DNA of 64,000 nucleotides from Planctomycetota bacterium (GTDB lineage Bacteria > Planctomycetota > B15-G4): NCBI GenBank assembly GCA_965248575.1, contig CBDFJQ010000002.1:4736001-4800000 (forward strand). Reading direction: 5' to 3'. Of this stretch, positions 1 through 9,258 are shown piece by piece. How positions within the stretch are numbered: position 1 is the stretch's first letter; every line of letters starts with the position of its first letter. The notes below the pieces were generated by a model. That model was not told the DNA's origin, ran no database searches, and was given only the letters and a program-made list of their open reading frames with translations. The position numbers were made by a program, and so were the translations under genes.

Positions 1-570
1 GACCTGGATGAAGCGTCGGTTCGCGCTCCGGAGAACGTCTGGAATCACTGGAACCGTGGTCACTGTCTGTACGTCTTGGGTCGATATGCCGAGTCCCTGA
101 CCGCCTACGAGCGGGCAGGCGTTCTGGCACCCCATGACCCTGAACTCTGGATGAACACGGGGATGGTGAAGCGCAGCCTCGGTCGGCTCGACGATGCCCT
201 GGCAGATTTCGAGGCTGCAGCTGAGCACATGACTGGAAGCAACCAGGCGCGCGGCTTGATGGCGGAGGTCTTGCTAGAGCAGGGGCTGAGAGCCCCGGCG
301 CTGAAACAACTGAACCTGGCAGCCGATGCTGCGCCGGAGGACCTGCATGTCGGGTCGCTCCGTGCTGCGCTCCTGCTTAGGGAGGGCGAGATTCAGTCAG
401 CCTTGGCAGAGTCGGAGCGCGTGCTGGGGCGCGCGGCGGATCATCCCTTGGGGCTTTGGGTGCGGTCTCACGCCCTCCGTGCCCTGGGGGAGATCGAGCG
501 AGCTGACGCAGACCTGCTGAAGGCGCGCGCAGCCTGGCCGGATGTGGACTGGCCTCTTGGCTTGCAGTAG
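1..570 (+). CDS. TPR-repeat protein, 3' part (5' end outside window)
   Basis: Frame is open from base 1 (DLDEASVRAPENVWNHWNRGHCLYVLGRY...). TPR-like helices: 'YERAGVLAPHDPELWMNTGMVKRSLGRLDDALADFEAA'. Confidence 0.8.
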   Translation, partial: DLDEASVRAPENVWNHWNRGHCLYVLGRYAESLTAYERAGVLAPHDPELWMNTGMVKRSLGRLDDALADFEAAAEHMTGSNQARGLMAEVLLEQGLRAPALKQLNLAADAAPEDLHVGSLRAALLLREGEIQSALAESERVLGRAADHPLGLWVRSHALRALGEIERADADLLKARAAWPDVDWPLGLQ

Positions 571-580
571 GCGCAGGCTG

Positions 581-841
581 CTAGGCCTCATCCTCTGATG
601 ACTTTTGGCCCTTGCCCTTGCCCTCGGCCTCTGCCTCTGCCTCTGCCTCTGCCTCTGCCTCTGCCTGGGCCTGGGCCTGGGCCTTCCGGCTCATCTCCGC
701 GCCGATGCCTGCGCCCAGGGCGATGCCGAGCGCGATGCCGATGCCGACATCATCGAAGGCCGCGCCGAAGGCTACGCCCAGTGCGATGCCAAACCCGACC
801 CACGCCCCCAAGATGGTGTCGGGTGACTGTTTGGTGCTCAT
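581..841 (-). CDS. small glycine-zipper membrane protein with (AQ)n(AE)n tail
   Basis: Two Gly-rich hydrophobic helices (GFGIALGVAFG, GIGIALGIALGAGIG). GGAG RBS upstream. Lies 12 bp downstream of 854..1306 on the same strand. Confidence 0.7.
   Translation of the reverse strand: MSTKQSPDTILGAWVGFGIALGVAFGAAFDDVGIGIALGIALGAGIGAEMSRKAQAQAQAEAEAEAEAEAEAEGKGKGQKSSEDEA
611..682. repeat. period-6 microsatellite (CTTGCC)2 CTCGGC (CTCTGC)6 (CTGGGC)3
   Basis: Read directly. Encodes the AQAQAQ-AEAEAE...-GKGKG tail of 581..841. Confidence 0.95.
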
Positions 842-853
842 GCTCGGTGCTCC

Positions 854-1306
854 TCAGCCGAGATGTCGTTGGCAGCCGACGTCGTAGGCCATGGCAACCC
901 ATTGGCCAAACTCCTCGTCGAGCTCGCTCTTGGAGGCTATCCGAAAAACGTGCACATGGTTCGTTGGCGAATAGGTGTCGATCCTCTCGAAGCGTGGCGA
1001 CTCAACGCGTTCTGCGAGCATCAGATACCCCTTCAGGGCAGCCTTCTGTGGGGTGAGCGCGGCGAATCGTATGCGGACCTGGAGCGCGATCCCGCTCCTC
1101 TGCGGGATCACCTTCAAGGGACCGTTCGTCCGGGTGAGCTTCAGGAAGGCGTCGAACAGGGGCCGCACATGAGGCCGGCTGTTCGTGAACAAGGGCTCCA
1201 GCTCGAAGCCCCCACAGCTATGCCACTGGCTGCGGCTGGAAAACTGCTCACGGCACTTTGGGCAGCTCCAAAGCGTTGGGTCAGACACGGTTCTCTGAGC
1301 ACGCAT
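854..1306 (-). CDS. DUF5655-like protein with N-terminal CxxC...HxC zinc motif
   Basis: 'LWSCPKCREQF...QWHSC', 'IALQVRIRFA', 'HVHVFRI...ELDEEF..WVAMAY'. Confidence 0.7.
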   Translation of the reverse strand: MRAQRTVSDPTLWSCPKCREQFSSRSQWHSCGGFELEPLFTNSRPHVRPLFDAFLKLTRTNGPLKVIPQRSGIALQVRIRFAALTPQKAALKGYLMLAERVESPRFERIDTYSPTNHVHVFRIASKSELDEEFGQWVAMAYDVGCQRHLG

Positions 1307-1371
1307 CTTCGTACTCCGCTTGGGTGACTACCCTCTCGTCTAACTTCCCGTCATGGACGCTGAGCCCGGAC

Positions 1372-2982
1372 TCACGGTAGCAGCGTCAGCTTGTGCCAGG
1401 ATTCGCTCAACGTCAGGGATGGCATACGCAGGCCCTGCGCCCAGACGGGCACGCCCAAGAACGCGGGCAGGTTGGGCACACTCAGCGTCAATTGCGCGCT
1501 CTCTGTCATCGACACGAGACCCATGGGCAGCGTGCGCAGACCCGTGGGATCCAGGAAGAGTGTGCCTGTGCCTGGCAACACCAGCGGCGGGGTCGCCGGC
1601 GCAAAGGCGAGCAGGAGCAGCCCGCTTTCGCCGGGTGTCCCATCCAGCACGAGTTCGATTTCCGCTCCGAGCTGCGGGGCGCCGATCACTCGGAAGTCCG
1701 CTCCGGGGTAGGTGAACAGCGAGAGCCATCCGCCGGTGTCATCCAGGGCGAAGGGGTCGCCGCTGCCCAGGGCGATCAGGCGACCGTCAGGCGAGAGTGC
1801 AATGTCAGTCACCAACGCAGAGTCTGCGATCCAGGTAGCCAACGGGTCGTCCTGATCGCGGGCGTACAAGAGCACCCGCTCCGTCGGGTCGAGGTCGATG
1901 CCGCCCTCGACGGCGACCACGAATCGTGAGCCATCGGGCGTGATGTCCAGATCCACCGGCCCATAACCCTGGTCGCAGCACACGATCGCGACGTGGAACA
2001 TCGTCTGGGTACGGCTCGCTACGTCGATGGCTACCGACAAGATGGCGTTGCCCGGCGGCGGGAAGCCGCCGAAGGACGCCGCCACCGTGGATCCGTCCGG
2101 GCTGACCTCCACCTCGCTGAAGATCGAGACCGCTGCGCCCGTCCAGGTGTAGGCGTCCTGCCAAGTGCTCCCGGTTCGCTCGAGGATCCGCACCTCACCG
2201 ATCCAAGGGTCGCTCAGCGCGAGCACGCGACCGTCCGCGGAGAAACTGTCCGCGCCTCCGATCGCCTGGAAACCGTCCAGTTGGAGGGAGATGGAAGCGG
2301 CGAGGACGTCCACCACAAAGGCCTGAGTGCCCACGCGCAAGGCGGCGTAGCGGCCGTCGTCGGAGAGTGCATGGCCGAACATCGTCGCGCTAGGGAGGGT
2401 GGGCGCGACAACGGTCTGCGTCAGCACAGCTCCGGATGTGCCATCCAGGGCGATCACGTCCACTTCACCACTCGGGCCGGGCCGTGCGATGACCGCGACC
2501 ACCAGGCTTCCGTCCTCAGAGATGCCCACCCATGGATCGCGGGGGCTGAGCGTGGGGTGCACGTAGACCCAGCGCGGCTCATTCGAACTGGAACCCCAGC
2601 ACAGCACGCGAACCGGCCCCGGGTCGGCCAAGTCGGGGTCCTGTCGAGCCGCCGAGACGTGCAGATCCTTGCGCATCGCAGAGGCCACGCTGCCGGGCTG
2701 GTAGTGCCGGGTCAAACGAGTCCACACCGGTGCGGACTGTGTCTCCCAGGCGGAGAACAACGCTACTTCCGAACGCGTGTCGCAACACGGCGCAGGGAAG
2801 TGCGCGAAGATCTGTCCACCCTCATCACCCACGGAGACTGAAGGGGGGCCGCGCAGGGAGTCTAGGTAGATCCATGCGGCGCCGCCGGGTGCAGCGCCTG
2901 GCATGCTCTGCCCTTGGCTGGGGGAGATCGGCACGCAAAGGGCGACCAGAACAATCACGATCTTGAGTGACGAGCGCTTCAT
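1372..2982 (-). CDS. secreted WD40/PD40-like beta-propeller protein with conserved CTD
   Basis: Start reset to MKRSSLKIVIVLVALC (GGAGG RBS, signal peptide). Blades 'ALSDDGRY', 'SFSADGRV', 'VSPDGST', 'ITPDGSR', 'LSPDGRL'. Ends in CTD '...GTLFLDP...VPNLPAFLGVPVWAQG'. Confidence 0.8.
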   Translation of the reverse strand: MKRSSLKIVIVLVALCVPISPSQGQSMPGAAPGGAAWIYLDSLRGPPSVSVGDEGGQIFAHFPAPCCDTRSEVALFSAWETQSAPVWTRLTRHYQPGSVASAMRKDLHVSAARQDPDLADPGPVRVLCWGSSSNEPRWVYVHPTLSPRDPWVGISEDGSLVVAVIARPGPSGEVDVIALDGTSGAVLTQTVVAPTLPSATMFGHALSDDGRYAALRVGTQAFVVDVLAASISLQLDGFQAIGGADSFSADGRVLALSDPWIGEVRILERTGSTWQDAYTWTGAAVSIFSEVEVSPDGSTVAASFGGFPPPGNAILSVAIDVASRTQTMFHVAIVCCDQGYGPVDLDITPDGSRFVVAVEGGIDLDPTERVLLYARDQDDPLATWIADSALVTDIALSPDGRLIALGSGDPFALDDTGGWLSLFTYPGADFRVIGAPQLGAEIELVLDGTPGESGLLLLAFAPATPPLVLPGTGTLFLDPTGLRTLPMGLVSMTESAQLTLSVPNLPAFLGVPVWAQGLRMPSLTLSESWHKLTLLP

Positions 2983-3167
2983 GGCAACGCCTCCGGCTGA
3001 CGGTGGGGCTGACGGGTTCGACCACCCTATGCATCGCATGCGGGAGAGATTCGCGACATGGGTCGCTCGGCCCACAGCAGCGGCGCGGAGTGGGTAGCCG
3101 CCCACGTCTGGCCAGGATCGGTGGCCCGCGTTACGGTGCCCTCCCATCCACACAGGGGAGGCCCACG

Positions 3168-4775
3168 ATGATCACTTGCCCAGCGGGAACCCGGCTTGCA
3201 GACAGATTGCTGAGTCGCGCGGCTGGCAGTCGTCTCGTAGGTGTGTGTGTTGCCGCCCTGCTCGGCATGGCCACGCCCGTGCAGGCCCAGTGCGAGCTGG
3301 GGCGCCTGCTGGATCCTGCGCTTCAGCCCAACCCCAACTTCGGCTTCGACGTGGCCGTTGAGGGCGACCGTGTGGTCGTCGGAAGTTCATCGGGCTTGTT
3401 CGGGGGAGAACCCTGTTATGTGTTCGAGCGGCAGGCGGATGGTTGGACGGCGAGCCCGGTAGCGCTTCCACCAGACAACCTCACCACGACCTACGGCCAC
3501 TCGGTGGCGATCTCCGGTGACACCATCGTGGTGTCCGGGCAGGACGTGAGCGACCCGGACCCTCGAGGCTACGTCTTCGAACGGGTGGGCGGCACGTGGA
3601 TGCTGGACCAGGTGCTCGTGGTGCCCCTGGGTTTGTTCCATCTCTTTGACGGCCTGCGGGTCGCCATCGAAGGCGACACGATCCTCATTGGAGACCTCCA
3701 GGACTCCGCGGTCCACGTCTTCGAGCGATCGGCGGGGACGTGGTCGCAGACCGACACGCTCATGCCAGTCAACGCGGGTGCTGGTGTGACCTTCGGCACT
3801 TCGGTCTCGCTCGTCTCGGGCCGTGCCGTGATCGGCGGTTCCTCGTTCTTCGATCCCATCATGAACTCGGGCACCGCGTGGGTGTTCGAGCGGCAGGGCG
3901 GCGCCTTCGTCGAAGTGCAGCAGCTCATTACTTTAGGCGCCGCGGTGTCCGACAACGCAGGGCGCGTGCTCGACCAGACCGCCGACACGATCGTGCTCGG
4001 CGCCTCCACCCACGATTTGGGCGACCCTGTGCTGCTGCAGAGCGCCGGTGCGGCCTTCGTGTTCGAGCTGCAAGGTGCCACATGGGTGCAGACGGCTCTG
4101 CTCTCGGCACCCGCGCCCAGCGCCGGCGACGGCTTCGGCCATGCGGTGACTCTCCAAGGAGACACGCTGTTGATCGGTGCGCCGGCTCGAGACGATTCGG
4201 GCATGAACAGTGGCGCGCTCTACCGCTATGCCCGAACGCCCTCGGGTTGGCAGTGGACGCACACGATCCAACCGAGCTTGCCTGCGAATTCCAGTGCGTT
4301 CGGACGGTCACTCGACCTGCTGGGTGACACGCTCGTGGTCGGGACGGCCGGGAACCTCCCCGGCAGTGGTGTCGCCATCTTGCGTGGGGTGCAGGGGCTG
4401 GACGACTGGGTTCCGTCTGTTGCGACATCGCTGGCCGGAACGTCTGGCCAGTCTCCTTGTAGCTTTGGCAGCCACGTTCCCATGCTCAGTCAGCCAGCGA
4501 GCTTGACCATGACCGGTGCGCTCCCGGGAGCCTTCGGATACCTCATCGCGGGATTCACGCGAGTGAATGCGCCCTTCCTGGGTGGCGTGCTGGTGCCGAC
4601 TCCGACGGCTTTCATTCCGGTGTTCAGCGACGCGGCCGGTGAGACCGTGTTTCCGTGGACTTGGCCTGCGGCGCCCCTGGCGGCCCCTGCCTTATGGACC
4701 CAGTTCTGGATGGTGGATGCCGGTGCGCCCCAGGGTTATTCGGCGACTCACGGAATGCGTGTGGCCCTGCCGTAG
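3168..4775 (+). CDS. secreted FG-GAP-repeat propeller protein with conserved CTD
   Basis: ATG 3168 follows GGGGAGG. Signal peptide ending PVQA. Repeats FGFDVAVEGD, YGHSVAISGD, FGTSVSL, FGHAVTLQGD..GAP, FGRSLDL. CTD 'PFLGGVLVP...WP...WTQFWMVDAGAPQG'. Confidence 0.85.
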   Translation: MITCPAGTRLADRLLSRAAGSRLVGVCVAALLGMATPVQAQCELGRLLDPALQPNPNFGFDVAVEGDRVVVGSSSGLFGGEPCYVFERQADGWTASPVALPPDNLTTTYGHSVAISGDTIVVSGQDVSDPDPRGYVFERVGGTWMLDQVLVVPLGLFHLFDGLRVAIEGDTILIGDLQDSAVHVFERSAGTWSQTDTLMPVNAGAGVTFGTSVSLVSGRAVIGGSSFFDPIMNSGTAWVFERQGGAFVEVQQLITLGAAVSDNAGRVLDQTADTIVLGASTHDLGDPVLLQSAGAAFVFELQGATWVQTALLSAPAPSAGDGFGHAVTLQGDTLLIGAPARDDSGMNSGALYRYARTPSGWQWTHTIQPSLPANSSAFGRSLDLLGDTLVVGTAGNLPGSGVAILRGVQGLDDWVPSVATSLAGTSGQSPCSFGSHVPMLSQPASLTMTGALPGAFGYLIAGFTRVNAPFLGGVLVPTPTAFIPVFSDAAGETVFPWTWPAAPLAAPALWTQFWMVDAGAPQGYSATHGMRVALP

Positions 4776-4822
4776 GGCCTGGATCTCAAGGGTCTCCGTC
4801 ATGATTGACTATGTTGGGGAAC

Positions 4823-5350
4823 ATGAAAGCACGCCTCACGACAGCCGCACTCTTGGCTTTGCTCACCAGCGCACTCGTAGGCTGCGTCGGTTGTCCGAAC
4901 CCACCTGAACCGGAGACTCGAATGCCCTCTCTCATGGAACTCGCCACCGGGGAGTACTTCGGCACGAACCTCCTGTGGTTCATGGACCCCGACGCTCCCG
5001 AGGAATCCCCAACCGAGGTCCAAGTGGAGGCGGGGCAGATCCGTTACACCTGGCAGTACAAAGAGGCACCTCAATCCGGCGTGCTGGAGTTCAGCTTCGA
5101 GGGCGACCAGGTCAGCGTCGACTGGACCGATACATGGCATGCCGCCGAGACCATGCACTGCAAGGGGACGCGGACCGGGGATGCCATCACGGTCTTGGTG
5201 AGCTATGGCGCGGGCGAGGGTCCGGATTGGTCCTGGCGCACCGAGCTCCGGTTCCCAGGCCCCGATCAGTTCCTGATGGAGATGTACAACATCGAACCGG
5301 ATGGCAAGGAGCAGATCGCCGTGCGCTTGCGCGCCGATCGGAAGTCCTGA
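4823..5350 (+). CDS. DUF1579-like lipoprotein
   Basis: Lipobox-like LVGC. Motifs 'WTDTWH' and 'YGAGEGPDWSWRTEL...MYNIEPDG'. Confidence 0.65.
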   Translation: MKARLTTAALLALLTSALVGCVGCPNPPEPETRMPSLMELATGEYFGTNLLWFMDPDAPEESPTEVQVEAGQIRYTWQYKEAPQSGVLEFSFEGDQVSVDWTDTWHAAETMHCKGTRTGDAITVLVSYGAGEGPDWSWRTELRFPGPDQFLMEMYNIEPDGKEQIAVRLRADRKS

Positions 5351-5610
5351 CACAGGGCACCGACATCGCCTCGATCAAGCGTTGCCTCTCATGAGCCTCT
5401 CGTTGCTCCTGCTGCTCAGGGATGGAGAAGCTGAAGTCCACCGTGTCGAAGGTTCCTTCACTCGGGGTGACTGAGTCCACCACCTGGGCAGTCAGCGGAG
5501 CGTTCTTGGAGCGTTCGTTGAGTGCTCCGCTACGGTTCCTACGAGACGGGCAGATGCCCTTTGGACTTCATCCGCGATCGCTGAGCCAGCAGACAGACTT
5601 TCTGAGGGAG

Positions 5611-5659
5611 TCTAGAAAAGGAACAGCCCGCCCGGCATCGCGTGCCGGACGGGCTGTTC
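5611..5659 (-). terminator. intrinsic terminator downstream of 5715..6341
   Basis: Stem GAACAGCCCGcCCGGCA-tcgcg-TGCCGGaCGGGCTGTTC, followed by CTTTTCT on the minus strand. Confidence 0.75.
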
Positions 5660-5714
5660 GAGGGGGGGCGCCGCCTCTCCTGCGGACGACCCGCCTTGCC
5701 TCCCTGGGATCCTG

Positions 5715-6341
5715 TCAGTTGCCGGGCTTCGTGACCCCGAGCCCGTCGGCACCGACGCTTGTCGAGACGTTCTTGGTTCCGATGCCACCTTCTGTCATCA
5801 GACCGGTGCCCTGCGCGAGGGTGGTCTCTCCGGATTGCGCCATGTGCGCGGGTCCCGTGGGCAGGGACCCACCCCAGACGCACGGGTCGTTCCAGACGAT
5901 GTCGCCGGATTGATCGTAGCCGGTGCTGACCTGCAAGCCACTAGCGCTGATGGAGAGGAAGCTTCCGCTCTTTCCCCCGACTGAGTTGCTCGCGGCGGTC
6001 GGGACGATCACGGTCTTCACGCCGCCCGTCGTCTCGCCCAGCTTGCCTACTTGTCCCAGCTCACTCGTGGGTGCTGGCACCGACACGGCGTACGCGATAC
6101 CCCGCACACCCAGCTCCGGCAAGAAGAGCCGCGCCCGCGCATCGGACGTCAAGGGGATGCGCCCGGCGTGCAAGACCAGCAGCGTCGCGCCGTGCTCGTT
6201 CACGACGGTGACCACGACGGGCTGCCCCGGGGACCAGCCCGAGGACGGCTCGGCGCTCTGCGCCGCAACAGGAAAAAGGCCCAGGCCCGCGGTCATCAGA
6301 CCGGCGACCAATGTCATCACTGCCTTGTGGATCCGTGTCAT
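5715..6341 (-). CDS. secreted hypothetical Gly/Ser/Thr-rich protein
   Basis: GGAGGT RBS, signal peptide ending PVAA, downstream terminator. No family recognised. Confidence 0.65.
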   Translation of the reverse strand: MTRIHKAVMTLVAGLMTAGLGLFPVAAQSAEPSSGWSPGQPVVVTVVNEHGATLLVLHAGRIPLTSDARARLFLPELGVRGIAYAVSVPAPTSELGQVGKLGETTGGVKTVIVPTAASNSVGGKSGSFLSISASGLQVSTGYDQSGDIVWNDPCVWGGSLPTGPAHMAQSGETTLAQGTGLMTEGGIGTKNVSTSVGADGLGVTKPGN

Positions 6342-6506
6342 GGTTCGACCTCCATTGATGGGGACTACTCACTTCTCCAGGGGAGGTGGGGAGCGGAATC
6401 GAAGCCGCCATCCGTGTCGAGAGTCTGACGGGCTGGAGATGCGGTTCGTCGATGGACCCACCAGGGGGCGGGAGTCCAGCGGCCTGGCCTGAGGTAATCT
6501 GAAGGC

Positions 6507-7238
6507 ATGCCGCAAACGCTGCTCCTTCTCCAGGCCCGCCGCGCCGACGACCCCATGGCTGCGCACGAGCGCCAGTGCTTCGCTGCGCAGGCCGGTCTCC
6601 CGGTCGAGAGCGTGACCTGCCACGACCTGTGCCGGGCGCCGCCAGATCTCGCCCTCCTGCGTGAGTACGACGCGCTGACCGTGGGCGGCTCAGGTGACTA
6701 CTACGTCTCACGCGGCGACCTGCCGCACTTCGAGGAGTTCCTCGCATTCCTGCGGGAGGTCGTCGAGATGGGGCACCCGACCTTCGCAAGTTGTTTCGGC
6801 TACCAATGCCTTGCCTACGCACTGGGCGGTGAGCTGATCCACGACACTGAGAACACCGAGGTCGGGACCTACGAACTCGCTCTCACCGAGCAGGGCGCAG
6901 GTGACCCGCTGTTCGAAATGCTCCCGCGCACGTTCAACGCCCAGCTGGGACACAAGGACCGGGTGCTGAGCCTGCCCGAGGGAGTGGTCAACCTCGCGTC
7001 GAGCGAGCTCAGCCCGCATCAGGCATTGCGCGTGGAGGGCAAGCCGATCTGGGCGACCCAGTTCCACCCAGAGCTCGATCGGGAGACGAATCTCGACCGC
7101 TACTTCCACTACATGCAGTCGTATGCCGAGTACATGGATGAAGAGGAGAAAGTTGCCGCTGAGCAACGTTTCGCCGAGAGCCCCGAGGTCAGCCATCTGC
7201 TCCCGCGCTTCTTCGAGCTGATCGAGGGCCCTCGCTGA
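6507..7238 (+). CDS. class I glutamine amidotransferase (GMP-synthase-like)
   Basis: GGSG loop, nucleophile motif ASCFGYQ, QFHPE His/Glu. Confidence 0.9.
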   Translation: MPQTLLLLQARRADDPMAAHERQCFAAQAGLPVESVTCHDLCRAPPDLALLREYDALTVGGSGDYYVSRGDLPHFEEFLAFLREVVEMGHPTFASCFGYQCLAYALGGELIHDTENTEVGTYELALTEQGAGDPLFEMLPRTFNAQLGHKDRVLSLPEGVVNLASSELSPHQALRVEGKPIWATQFHPELDRETNLDRYFHYMQSYAEYMDEEEKVAAEQRFAESPEVSHLLPRFFELIEGPR

Positions 7239-7281
7239 GGACAAGTATCTTGAGACACGCCCTTGCGTATTTGATCCGAAA

Positions 7282-7295
7282 GATGTATATACAAC
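7282..7295. promoter_or_regulatory. putative MarR operator 1 (GATGTATATACAAC)
   Basis: Near-palindrome upstream of the MarR gene. Matches 7836..7849 at 11 of 14 positions. Confidence 0.65.
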
Positions 7296-7326
7296 TGCAG
7301 TGTTCGCGCCCCAATGGACCCTCTTC

Positions 7327-7773
7327 ATGCCGCCCACTCAAGCAGCCCAAGCCGCCCGGACCATCGCGTCCTCTTGCCTGGCCGTGCGTGCGCGGGTCCT
7401 CGGGCGGGCCATCAGCGCCGTCTACGAGGATGAATTGCGCCCGCTCGGTGTCACCACGCCTCAGCTCAACCTGCTCGTGGCCACCGAACGCATCGGAGGC
7501 CCCACGGCGGGCGAGTTGGGCCAGACCTTGCACCTCGAGAAGTCCACGGTCAGCCGGAATCTGCTGCTCATGGAGGGGCACGGCTGGGTGCGTCGGGAGC
7601 CCGGTGAAGACGCGCGCTCCCACGCCCTCGTTCTGACGGCCGCCGGGCGTCGCCTGTTGGTGAAGGCGCTGCCCGCCTGGACCCGGGCCCAGAAGCGGGC
7701 CGCCGGGCTGCTCGGGAAGGGCGGTACGGAAGCCCTCGTTGCAGCCGGAGATCGGCTCTTCCGGGAAGGCTGA
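7327..7773 (+). CDS. MarR-family transcriptional regulator
   Basis: 'CLAVRAR...RAISAVYEDELRPLGVTTPQ', HTH 'LEKSTVSRNL', wing 'EDARS..LVLT..GR'. Confidence 0.9.
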   Translation: MPPTQAAQAARTIASSCLAVRARVLGRAISAVYEDELRPLGVTTPQLNLLVATERIGGPTAGELGQTLHLEKSTVSRNLLLMEGHGWVRREPGEDARSHALVLTAAGRRLLVKALPAWTRAQKRAAGLLGKGGTEALVAAGDRLFREG

Positions 7774-7835
7774 CAGGAGAGTTCACTCGACCGCGCCCGA
7801 GATGTGCACCGTTCACAGGCCATTTTCTTCTAAGA

Positions 7836-7849
7836 GTTGTAGCTACAAC
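7836..7849. promoter_or_regulatory. putative MarR operator 2 (GTTGTAGCTACAAC)
   Basis: Perfect 14-bp palindrome 21 bp upstream of ATG 7871. Confidence 0.7.
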
Positions 7850-7870
7850 CAAGACCTATCGGAGAGAGCC

Positions 7871-9184
7871 ATGACCATCACCTTTCAGCCGATGCCGGAC
7901 GCCCCGGCCGCGCACACCCCGTCCGCCCTGTCTGCCGAGGAGCTCCGAGCCCTGTGCCTGGAAGCCGGTGCCGACGACGTAGGTTTCGTGTCCATCGACA
8001 ACCCCGACCTGGGCCTCGAGGCTGATCAGGCCCGGGCCGTCCGGCCGGGCGTCCGTACCTTGATTAGCCTGGTGTTCCGCATGAACCGGGAGCCCATCCG
8101 CAGCACGGCGCGCTCGGTGGCCAATCTGGAGTTTCACCACACGGGTGACCAGGTGAACGACACAGGGCGGGCTCTCGTGCGCGCCCTGGAGGACCGCGGG
8201 CTTGCGGCGCTCAACCCGGCCATGGGTTTCCCGATGGAGATGCAGCGTTTTCCGGACCGGACCTGGGTCGTGGCCCACAAGACCGTGGCGGTGGCGGCCG
8301 GCATGGGGCACATGGGCATGCATCGCAACGTGATCCACCCGCGCTTCGGTAGCTTCGTCCTGCTGGGGACAGTGTTGCTGGACGCCGAGCTGAGCGAGCA
8401 TGGCAGCCTCCTGGAGGACAGCCCCTGTTTCGAGTGCCGCCTGTGCGTGACGGCCTGCCCGGTGGGGGCCATCAAGAGCGAGGGCTCCTTCGACTTCAGC
8501 GCTTGCTACACCCACAACTACCGCGAGTTCATGGGTGGCTTCACCGACTGGGTCGAGCAGGTCGCTGATGCGGGCTCGGCCAAGGGCTATCGCGAACGGG
8601 TCTCCGACAGCGAGAGCGCCTCCATGTGGCAGAGCCTCTCCTTCGGCGCCAACTACAAGGCCGCCTACTGCCTCGCCGTGTGCCCGGCGGGGGACGACGT
8701 CATCGGGCCCTTCCGCGACAACAAGAAGGCCTTCGTGAGCCAGGTCGTGCGGCCGCTGCTCGACAAGCAGGAAGCTGTCTATGTCTCGCGGGGCAGCGAT
8801 GCAGAGGCTCACGTGAGCAAACGCTTCCCGCACAAGCAGATTCGCCGGGTGGAGAGCGGCCTGCGGGCTACGACCATCGACAACTTCCTCGCCTACCTCC
8901 CACACCTGTTCCAGCCCGGCGCAGCCGGCGACCTCTCGGCCCGCTACCACTTCACTTTTACCGGCGATGAAGCCCGTGAAGCGAGCGTCGTTATCAGTGA
9001 CGGCCGCTGTGAAGTCCTTGAGGGTCACGTGGGGGAGGCCGACGTCACGGTGCGCACGGACGCCGCGAGCTGGCTGCGCTTCCTGCGCAAGGATGCGGGG
9101 CTGCTGGGCGCGATCTTGCGACGGAAGACGAAGGTCAAGGGTCAGCTGTCACTGCTCAAGGCCTTCGGGCGCTGCTTTCCCTGA
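7871..9184 (+). CDS. QueG/reductive-dehalogenase-like 4Fe-4S protein fused to an SCP2 sterol-carrier domain
   Basis: 'GADDVGF', 'HKTVAVAAGMG..G..RNVIHPRFGSFVLLGTV', CxxCxxCxxxCP and a second 'CLAVCP'. C-terminal SCP2-like 'YHFTFTG...ADVTV...LRRKTKVKG'. GGAGAG RBS. Confidence 0.8.
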   Translation: MTITFQPMPDAPAAHTPSALSAEELRALCLEAGADDVGFVSIDNPDLGLEADQARAVRPGVRTLISLVFRMNREPIRSTARSVANLEFHHTGDQVNDTGRALVRALEDRGLAALNPAMGFPMEMQRFPDRTWVVAHKTVAVAAGMGHMGMHRNVIHPRFGSFVLLGTVLLDAELSEHGSLLEDSPCFECRLCVTACPVGAIKSEGSFDFSACYTHNYREFMGGFTDWVEQVADAGSAKGYRERVSDSESASMWQSLSFGANYKAAYCLAVCPAGDDVIGPFRDNKKAFVSQVVRPLLDKQEAVYVSRGSDAEAHVSKRFPHKQIRRVESGLRATTIDNFLAYLPHLFQPGAAGDLSARYHFTFTGDEAREASVVISDGRCEVLEGHVGEADVTVRTDAASWLRFLRKDAGLLGAILRRKTKVKGQLSLLKAFGRCFP

Positions 9185-9258
9185 ACGGACCCGGACCCGG
9201 ACACGGCTTCCGGGGTCCGCTCCATCGCATCGTTCGAGCGCCGTGCACCCACCGACGG

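Noticed and set aside
1330..1338. GTTAGAC (minus strand) upstream of 854..1306 as an integron cassette core site
   Set aside because: No matching RYYYAAC/attC stem downstream, no integrase, and no recurrence between other genes.
5351..5600. Possible small minus-strand ORF (5187..5483) or gene remnant
   Set aside because: It overlaps the DUF1579-like gene, has no clear RBS or motif, and cannot be supported.
7871..9184. Calling this gene queG
   Set aside because: The SCP2 fusion, altered second Fe-S motif and MarR context argue against the canonical tRNA enzyme, so the symbol is withheld.
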